Below, piece by piece: positions 57,382 through 64,000 of a DNA stretch of 64,000 nucleotides. Below the pieces are notes generated by a model. It saw only the letters and a program-made list of their open reading frames with translations. It made no database searches and was not told where the DNA came from. A program made the translations under genes and the position numbers. The stretch is from positions 67,674-131,673 of the forward strand of contig CAMORK010000001.1 in assembly GCA_946623755.1 (NCBI GenBank), read 5' to 3'. This DNA is from an uncultured Butyrivibrio sp. GTDB taxonomy: Bacteria; Bacillota; Clostridia; Lachnospirales; Lachnospiraceae. The stretch's first letter is position 1. The number at the start of each line of letters is the position of its first letter.

Positions 57382-57417
57382 TGGGGAGTCACCGGGGACG
57401 TTTCAGTTTATTCCCCA
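57382..57417 (+). repeat. REP-like hairpin, copy 1
   Basis: TGGGGAGT..ATTCCCCA stem around GGGGACGTTTCAGTTT. Confidence 0.6.
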
Positions 57418-57544
57418 GGTTTCTACGCCCATGCGGTACTTATGACCATATATAGAGAAAATATCCGGACCAGCTCCACCGACTATCAGCTGTTCAAAGA
57501 TCCGGAGCCCGAAGTAACAAACCAACCACCCTGCCATAGCAGAA

Positions 57545-58702
57545 TTACAATCTTCTAGTCACAGGTCTTACATAGTGTCTATATGTTCCTGCCATAAACA
57601 ACATGATCAACAATGTATATCCTATCCATGCTACCTGATACGATGTTAAGAACACATTCCCAACACTAACCAATCTCGGATCTGTCATAGATGCATTATT
57701 CAGAACCTGAATAGGAGTAAGATAGCGAATCTGAGATAACACCCTGTATTTACCGGGAACGCTCAAAAACAAATCTAAAACCACAGCAAAACAAACCACA
57801 CCGGCAGAAGCAATAATGTTCTTAGTTACGCATGAAAACAACATGGCAGCTGCCCCTACAAGCATAGCTCCCAGAATATATACTCCGGTCAGAATCAGCA
57901 GTAAAGTTCCTGCCGAAAACTCATGGGAAGTATTTGGAATTATTATCTGACAGGATGCTTTAAGTCCATCAAAGCCATTAAATATAACATGCGGCAATTG
58001 CACAGAAATAAGTATCAGCAAAGAAACAATAACTGAGAATAACTCTCCGGCCAGAATCTTAGCAAGAGCAATCTCACGCTTTCCGGCTTTAGTACTGATT
58101 ATCAAATCTTCTGTTCTGTAATATCTCTCAGCTGCAAATGTTCCGGCAAGTCCACCGGCAAGAATAATTGCTACAAGTGCCATAATGGCCATATAGTTAG
58201 CTCTCATGGAAGAAACTCCGAAGTTTGTTTCCCATACAAAAGGCTTATTTACTCCGGACTCTTTTTCTTCCCAATATTTCTTTTCCTCTTCCGACAAACC
58301 AAATGAATCATACATGGATTCGAGGAAGTCAGCTCTTGCTTTGTAAAAAGACTCTTCGGACAGTTCCCCAAGATCATCATTACTAAAGCTGTTTCCCACA
58401 GCTTTATTCAAATATCGTGCAACATAATAATACTGACTATCTGGAGTAATGGATGAAAGACCGCCTGCGTCTTTTGCACTTTTAACAATTTCCCCTATCA
58501 GCTCATCATCCAGTACCCTTCCGTTTATCTCTATCTCTTTTGCCGAAGCAAATCTGTCTTCAGGGCTTAGTACAAGATACCTAAGCATAGTGAAGCCAAA
58601 TAAGAATCCCATGATTAAAACAAACATAGTAGCGGTAATCTTGTTAAGAAGCATCTTTTTAATTTCAAAACCCACAAGTGAGTCAAACTGAAACGTCCCC
58701 AT
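57545..58702 (-). CDS. ABC transporter permease
   Basis: FEIKKML, extracellular loop, FAAER..TKAGK..AKI; paralog of the upstream permease. Confidence 0.85.
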   Translation of the reverse strand: MGTFQFDSLVGFEIKKMLLNKITATMFVLIMGFLFGFTMLRYLVLSPEDRFASAKEIEINGRVLDDELIGEIVKSAKDAGGLSSITPDSQYYYVARYLNKAVGNSFSNDDLGELSEESFYKARADFLESMYDSFGLSEEEKKYWEEKESGVNKPFVWETNFGVSSMRANYMAIMALVAIILAGGLAGTFAAERYYRTEDLIISTKAGKREIALAKILAGELFSVIVSLLILISVQLPHVIFNGFDGLKASCQIIIPNTSHEFSAGTLLLILTGVYILGAMLVGAAAMLFSCVTKNIIASAGVVCFAVVLDLFLSVPGKYRVLSQIRYLTPIQVLNNASMTDPRLVSVGNVFLTSYQVAWIGYTLLIMLFMAGTYRHYVRPVTRRL

Positions 58703-58710
58703 TGACTCAC
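58678..58710 (-). repeat. REP-like hairpin, copy 2, spanning a stop/start junction
   Basis: GTGAGTCAA/TTGACTCAC stem around the same GGGGACGTTTCAGT core, in inverted orientation. Confidence 0.6.
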
Positions 58711-59861
58711 ACCTTATTTCTTCTCAAGTAAATGAAATATCCACCAACTACCGCTGCGGCAGAAATAACCACATACAGTACCGGTGCGAACTGTAGGGCC
58801 GTGAGGTAGTGGCCTCCAAAGCCCACAAGCCTGAATTCGTACAGCACGTTCGGAGATGCCATGTCGATTGGTGACAGCAGATACAGAAACTGTGACAAAG
58901 GCCGGATGACCATCGGTATCTCCCTAGCACCTGCCAGGATCACAAGAAATCCGCCAAATACTGCGCCCATGACCACTACCGGGTTATTAAAGCATTCCGA
59001 CAAAAAGCAGGTAGCGACTGTCAAAAACAGACAAGCTGCAAAAGCCACCAGGATCTGCCTTCCGAAGAACGCTCCCATGGTCAGCGGAACTGAAGTTAAA
59101 GGCATAAGGTTCTGTACCATGGCATCCCAGCCATTGTTGCCCCACAAAGCCAGACTTGTAAGAATTGAAATTCCGCCAAACAAAACCGTAAGCAAAAAGA
59201 TACTTACGACCGCTGCCGATATCTTGGCAACATAGGTCACGCCCCATCCGCCGCGGGTGCAGCGCAGCAGGGGATCCGTTTTGTCTTTTACCTCTCCTGC
59301 AAATATCTGGCTGAGGAGCAATGTAACTACAAAGAGCATGACGAGCGGAGTCGCCTGAACAATATCAAACAGCCCGTACATCTCCTCAAAAGAATGCCAC
59401 ACCAAAGGCTTTGTAACAGAAGCCTCCTTTTCCTCCCAGTACTGCTCTTCGCCCTCAGTCAAAGCGCACAGATCCATCCCTTCCCTGATGGTGTCCTCCC
59501 TGATCTGATAGATTGCATCGGCATCATAGTCAGCAATAGGTCTTCCGTAATCAACTATCTTCCTCACCCAGTCACAAAGCGCCTCATAAGTGCAGTTGGT
59601 CTCATTCCAAAAGACTCCGTATTCATCGGCCGCCTCATAGAGCTCTGCAAGAAGCGTATCATCAATTTCCCGGCCGTCGATAGCCATCTTCAGCTCCCTG
59701 GTTCTGTCTTCGTAATCACCCATCTGCTCAGACTGAAATACACCCTGCATGAACGAATAGACAGTGATGACGATCAGCAGGATCACAGTAAATCTGTTCT
59801 TTAATATCTTTTTTATCTCGTAAAAGAAAAGTGTGCCAAATAAGCTCTTTTTCCCCATCAT
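58707..59861 (-). CDS. ABC transporter permease
   Basis: YEIKKIL, FAGE..TRGG..AKI, multi-TM. Confidence 0.85.
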   Translation of the reverse strand: MMGKKSLFGTLFFYEIKKILKNRFTVILLIVITVYSFMQGVFQSEQMGDYEDRTRELKMAIDGREIDDTLLAELYEAADEYGVFWNETNCTYEALCDWVRKIVDYGRPIADYDADAIYQIREDTIREGMDLCALTEGEEQYWEEKEASVTKPLVWHSFEEMYGLFDIVQATPLVMLFVVTLLLSQIFAGEVKDKTDPLLRCTRGGWGVTYVAKISAAVVSIFLLTVLFGGISILTSLALWGNNGWDAMVQNLMPLTSVPLTMGAFFGRQILVAFAACLFLTVATCFLSECFNNPVVVMGAVFGGFLVILAGAREIPMVIRPLSQFLYLLSPIDMASPNVLYEFRLVGFGGHYLTALQFAPVLYVVISAAAVVGGYFIYLRRNKV

Positions 59862-60560
59862 TTAATTCTCCTCTCCAAATTCCTTCAGATAGAAGTCCTC
59901 AAGACTTCCGTCTTCCTCTCCCCACGGGCCCTGCCAGATGATCTCACCGGACCTCATCATGATAACTTTGTCAGCTATATGCTCAATATCAGATACTATG
60001 TGCGTGGACAAAAGAACTATACTATTCTTTCCAATTTCCTCAATAAGGTTACGAAATCTAACTCTCTCCTTGGGGTCAAGTCCGGCAGTCGGCTCGTCCA
60101 GGATCAGAACTTCCGGCCTGTTTATAAGAGCCTGCGCTATTCCAAGACGCTGCTTCATTCCGCCTGAGTAGGTCTTTATCTTTTTTGACGCAACATCAGA
60201 AAGTCCCACTACTCCAAGGAGTTCCTCAGTCCTTGCCCTGGCAGCCTTTTTATCAAGTCCTTTAAGCGCAGAGAAATACATAAGAAAATCTCTTCCGCTA
60301 AACTCCGGATAATACCCAAAATCCTGAGGCAGATACCCCAGCACGTCGCGGTAACGCTCCTCTGAAACACTCGCCCCATCATAGGTGATATCTCCGCTTG
60401 TCGGCACCAGAATCCCGCAGATCATCCTCATAAGCGTGGTCTTTCCTGCGCCGTTAGCTCCTAAAAGCCCCGTCACGCCTTTCCCCAGGGTAAAAGAGAG
60501 CCTGTCTACCGCGATCTTATTCTTATATTGCTTAGTTATGCGATCAATTTTCAGTTCCAT
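59862..60560 (-). CDS. ABC transporter ATP-binding protein
   Basis: GANGAGKTT, YSGGMKQR, ILDEPT, STH. Confidence 0.95.
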   Translation of the reverse strand: MELKIDRITKQYKNKIAVDRLSFTLGKGVTGLLGANGAGKTTLMRMICGILVPTSGDITYDGASVSEERYRDVLGYLPQDFGYYPEFSGRDFLMYFSALKGLDKKAARARTEELLGVVGLSDVASKKIKTYSGGMKQRLGIAQALINRPEVLILDEPTAGLDPKERVRFRNLIEEIGKNSIVLLSTHIVSDIEHIADKVIMMRSGEIIWQGPWGEEDGSLEDFYLKEFGEEN

Positions 60561-61264
60561 TGATACTCCTCCAAACGAAATGTCTTTTTAATCTGGATAC
60601 ACTCAAGTGCCACAAAAACAGCAAGCATCACAAACCATATCCATCTGTATTTTGCTGCGAAAAGAGCTTTTTCATCCTTGATAGCCAGTATCATAACCGA
60701 CGTCATGACAGAGACCAGAATGCAGCCAAATGCATTTTTCCTTCCAATCTCTGTTCTCTCAATGATCATGCTGGCTATCGAAGATATGAGATACGGCAGC
60801 GTAATGATGGCTCCGGTCATTGCATACCCATATCCGCTGCTGCTTCCCACTACCATTGACAGCACCAGCAAAAGAGCTATATGCACGGCTCCAATGCAGA
60901 TGAATCTTGCCAGAAGTATTCCTCTTCCGGAAATCCTTGTTACTCCCTCCAGTTCATCCATTCCATACATTCCGGAACGCATAGAGTCAAAAACCGCAAC
61001 AGCCGACACAAAGGGCATTATTGCGGCCACCACAAAGACCGTTTCCCTGTTCAGGTTGATTCCAAAAATTGCAACGATAAGTGCTGCGATTGAAATAAGC
61101 CATACCGGCAGTTTTATATATGTGAACTGACTTTTTATTATGTCAAAGACACTAAGTTCAGTCTGTTCACTCTTTTCCCTATACATTCTTATGAAGGCAT
61201 CCTTCTTGGTGCTATCCGGCTTTGGCGCCGCATCAGCCATCATCTTTCTTATGTCTTTACTCAT
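60551..61264 (-). CDS. Membrane protein, probable anti-sigma factor
   Basis: Overlaps the ECF stop codon; short cytoplasmic N-terminus then about 6 TM segments. Confidence 0.7.
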   Translation of the reverse strand: MSKDIRKMMADAAPKPDSTKKDAFIRMYREKSEQTELSVFDIIKSQFTYIKLPVWLISIAALIVAIFGINLNRETVFVVAAIMPFVSAVAVFDSMRSGMYGMDELEGVTRISGRGILLARFICIGAVHIALLLVLSMVVGSSSGYGYAMTGAIITLPYLISSIASMIIERTEIGRKNAFGCILVSVMTSVMILAIKDEKALFAAKYRWIWFVMLAVFVALECIQIKKTFRLEEYQWN

Positions 61265-61712
61265 GGAAATTACCTCCTTCCATCAGCTTTATAAAATCTC
61301 TTTTTACAGAATTAAGTCTACGGTACAGAGCGAATCTTGAAATCCCCATGATCTTGCCGATATCTGCAAGCGGCACATCGTTCATGTAACGAAGGATCAA
61401 AAGTTCTCTGTCCTCTTCCGGCATTTTATCAAGGGCCGAATTTACATCAATCTTTCTTATAAGGTCCTCAGCTTCATCCCCATCGTCGGAATAATCCTCG
61501 GTAAGCTCCTCCATTTTGGCTTTCCTGTTCTCATCAATACAGAGGTTTCTGGCTATTGTGTAAAGGAAACGTAACTGCTCGCCGCGATCTTCATAGCTGC
61601 TGTTCATGAAACGAAGAAACGTCTCCTGAGTCAGATCCTGCGCAGTATCTGTATTGTGAACTCTGTAATAGCAGAAGCGAAAAATTTTGTCGTACTGTTC
61701 TTCAATATCCAT
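61257..61712 (-). CDS. ECF RNA polymerase sigma factor
   Basis: AQDLTQETFLR, LYTIARNLCID, region 4 HTH. Confidence 0.92.
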   Translation of the reverse strand: MDIEEQYDKIFRFCYYRVHNTDTAQDLTQETFLRFMNSSYEDRGEQLRFLYTIARNLCIDENRKAKMEELTEDYSDDGDEAEDLIRKIDVNSALDKMPEEDRELLILRYMNDVPLADIGKIMGISRFALYRRLNSVKRDFIKLMEGGNFHE

Positions 61713-61743
61713 GGACTTCGTCTTTTCCTCCCCTCTGTAATGT

Positions 61744-61771
61744 ATAACGAATTAATCATAATAAATGTGCG
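61744..61771 (-). promoter_or_regulatory. Candidate ECF autoregulatory promoter
   Basis: CGCACA-16-CGTTAT just upstream of the RBS GGGGAGG. Confidence 0.4.
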
Positions 61772-61809
61772 GCAAGAAAAAAATATTTTTTGGGAAATCA
61801 GTGACCGAC

Positions 61810-61841
61810 AAAAAAAGACTGCTCACATCAAGCAGTCTTTT
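61810..61841 (-). terminator. Intrinsic terminator overlapping the GH2 stop
   Basis: AAAAGACTGCT/AGCAGTCTTTT with A-tract. Confidence 0.7.
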
Positions 61842-64000
61842 AAAGCCTCAAAGCTTATCTCCTGCACCGGCGCAAAATCCTCCGACGCAAGATATCTGTA
61901 TACTGATGTCAAAAGAGCTCTGCACTCCGGGTAATCCTGAAGATCATGCAGCCCCATGGACGAGACAAATACCTTTCCTTTAAGACACTTAAACTCCAGT
62001 AGCATTCCCATATTCCGAAGATACGCATAGCAGTCCATCACAGTAACTATGCTCCGCACTCCCTCAGGCAGCAAAAGAGCTCTCTGCGAACTTTGCACAA
62101 ACCACTGATAGCCCGGGTAAAACCGCGTCGGGAAGTTTCTGAACAAAGGATGCTTCTCATCTATGAGAAGCCCCATGCTTCCTTCCTGAGAGCTGAAAGT
62201 TCCGACTGACCAGAAGTCCGTGGAAAAAGTGGATTTTATCGATGCAGGAAGTGCCTGCCTTGTGGAATCCGGTGCAAGGAAAACAATTCCGCCTTCCTTA
62301 AGGACCTCCTTTGCCTTATCATCCAATGCCCTGCATTCATAGACAGAATCAGGTTTCTCAGGGCTTTGGCTCTCCCTCGTATAGACGTATATATCGTATG
62401 AATTATCGTATCCTGCAAAAGATACATTAAGAGTAAGTTCACTGTTTCTCTTAGGTTCAGGGAGTTCTAACTCAATCTCTATTTTTCCGAGCTCACTAAG
62501 CTCTCCCTGCCTGCAGGTTACTTCATCATACTCTTTTGTCAAAAGAGCTTTCTCCGCATCTGACACCTTTACGAGAAGCCTTCCTGTAATATCTCCCTTA
62601 GAATAGTTGGCAAGCTTAACTACCGCTTTCAACATTTCGCCATCAACATAAGTGTACTTATCCAGAAACGCCAGCGGAAGCGCATCTTTAAAGAACCTCC
62701 TAAACCTCTCCGGTGCAGCAAAATTATAAGGTTTTGCCTTAAGATGAGAGTTCAGCATTCCGACAAGAGCTGTGCCCTGCCCGGGAAAATCCTGAAGCCC
62801 CAACAGAGAAATTCCGCTGTACTCTTCAGTCCTGAGAGCTGCTTCGACTTCCTCACGATAGCAAAGAAGCGCCAGTTCTCCGGTCGCCTCAACGCGCCTT
62901 GTCCACTCATGGGAGAGTCCCTTTTCTGTGACATTTTTCTTTATAAGTTCAAGGTTGTCGGCTCTTGTAACGCCACGGAAATCCTCTATTTCTCCAAAAT
63001 CAGGCAGAACCTCATACTGGCCCACCTCAAAGCTGAATATCGGCTTTTTGAAACTCTTCCTGATCTCTTTTACCGTATCTGCGTAGTCGTGCTTTGCGTC
63101 AGGATAGTCATTGTTCAGATACCCCTTCATTCCGGCAAAAGTCGCTCTCATAGGCAGGTCCTTAAAGCCAGCAGCAGTGTAGAAATCACTCTCAGCATCT
63201 GCCCCCTGCTCTCCGTAAAAAGCATTTGAAGAAAACGCAAAAAGCCTGGTTTTATCTGTATCATGGCACAACTCAAGTAGCCTTTGCGCGGTCTTTTTTC
63301 CATCCTCTTTTGCCTGCAATTCGTTGCCAAAGGTAAGCATCACAAAGGACGGATGGTCTGCATAAACATTAAGGATTTCCCTCAGTTCTTTTTCATAATA
63401 TGCTGCTGACTTCTCGTCAGAAAAAGCATCCCTCGGGTTCCAGTGTGAGAGCTCAGGCTGCATCAGAATTCCAAGCTCATCAGCTGCGCAGAAAGCAGCT
63501 TCCGGAGGACAGTGGGAATGAAATCTTAAACAGTTAACTCCATAGCCCATGTAGGTCCTTATTATCTTTTTCCAGGAAGAGACGTCCATTGGCGGATGAC
63601 CGGTCTCTGGAAATACCGCGCAGTTTGCTTCACTCCTCAAGAAAATCCTTCGGCCGTTAAGACACAGATGACCGGCAATATCTTCAAATGACCTTATGCC
63701 AAAAGCAGTCTCAAACTCATCCTCCAAAAGCCTTGCTCTCACATGGATCAGTTTTCCGCACTCCTCATCCCAGAGCAGTTCCTTTGCCACTTCAGCGGCT
63801 ACCTCGATTTCAAAAAAGCTCTTCCCGGATCCGCCTGTAACATCCAGCTCCCTGGTCATGCACAGCTCTTTAAACTCAAGAACAAGCTTCCCCTCAAAGC
63901 CATCCTCAGAATCTACGACAGCTCTCACATCCAGAGTCCACTTATCAACGCCTTCATCCTTCCTCGGATACACTCTTATACTTTCAATAAATGTCTTCTC
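61823..64000 (-). CDS. Glycoside hydrolase family 2, 5' end outside the window
   Basis: FGIRSF, LNGRRIFLR, RFHSHCPP, HPSFVMLTFGNE, DFPGQG. Confidence 0.88.
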   Translation of the reverse strand, partial: EKTFIESIRVYPRKDEGVDKWTLDVRAVVDSEDGFEGKLVLEFKELCMTRELDVTGGSGKSFFEIEVAAEVAKELLWDEECGKLIHVRARLLEDEFETAFGIRSFEDIAGHLCLNGRRIFLRSEANCAVFPETGHPPMDVSSWKKIIRTYMGYGVNCLRFHSHCPPEAAFCAADELGILMQPELSHWNPRDAFSDEKSAAYYEKELREILNVYADHPSFVMLTFGNELQAKEDGKKTAQRLLELCHDTDKTRLFAFSSNAFYGEQGADAESDFYTAAGFKDLPMRATFAGMKGYLNNDYPDAKHDYADTVKEIRKSFKKPIFSFEVGQYEVLPDFGEIEDFRGVTRADNLELIKKNVTEKGLSHEWTRRVEATGELALLCYREEVEAALRTEEYSGISLLGLQDFPGQGTALVGMLNSHLKAKPYNFAAPERFRRFFKDALPLAFLDKYTYVDGEMLKAVVKLANYSKGDITGRLLVKVSDAEKALLTKEYDEVTCRQGELSELGKIEIELELPEPKRNSELTLNVSFAGYDNSYDIYVYTRESQSPEKPDSVYECRALDDKAKEVLKEGGIVFLAPDSTRQALPASIKSTFSTDFWSVGTFSSQEGSMGLLIDEKHPLFRNFPTRFYPGYQWFVQSSQRALLLPEGVRSIVTVMDCYAYLRNMGMLLEFKCLKGKVFVSSMGLHDLQDYPECRALLTSVYRYLASEDFAPVQEISFEALKDCLM

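Overview
64 kb of chromosome from a Firmicute, most likely Lachnospiraceae (Butyrivibrio-like); this is inferred from gene content and codon style. Most genes are on the minus strand. Left part (1-21.6 kb): housekeeping genes (rarA, hflX, sfsA, ybaK, HIT, radical SAM, MATE) and a 2711-aa surface PHP-phosphoesterase/OB-fold protein paired with a YibE/F membrane protein. Middle (21.7-44 kb): an accessory region. It holds a remnant-rich junction (two Rpn/PD-(D/E)XK fragments each followed by a 52-bp repeat, a DUF5674-like gene pair, a double-glycine leader peptide), an AT-rich Wzx/Wzy polysaccharide locus with a KDN-type nonulosonic acid pathway, a truncated IS1634-like element, an intact Rpn-like nuclease with an internal start, and a priming glycosyltransferase. 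The top finding is here: a T7-endonuclease-I-like PD-(D/E)XK gene (42106-42918) preceded by a non-CRISPR array of five 40-41 bp palindromic units (TGTCGGcCT-N22-AGTCCGaca, period about 74 bp, all loops and linkers unique). Right part (44-64 kb): carbohydrate use (uxuAB, GH5, GH31, esterase, GPH symporter, GH2) and an ECF sigma/ABC operon marked by two REP-like hairpins. No rRNA, tRNA, cas genes or CRISPR array were seen. All family assignments come from motif recognition by eye, not from database searches.
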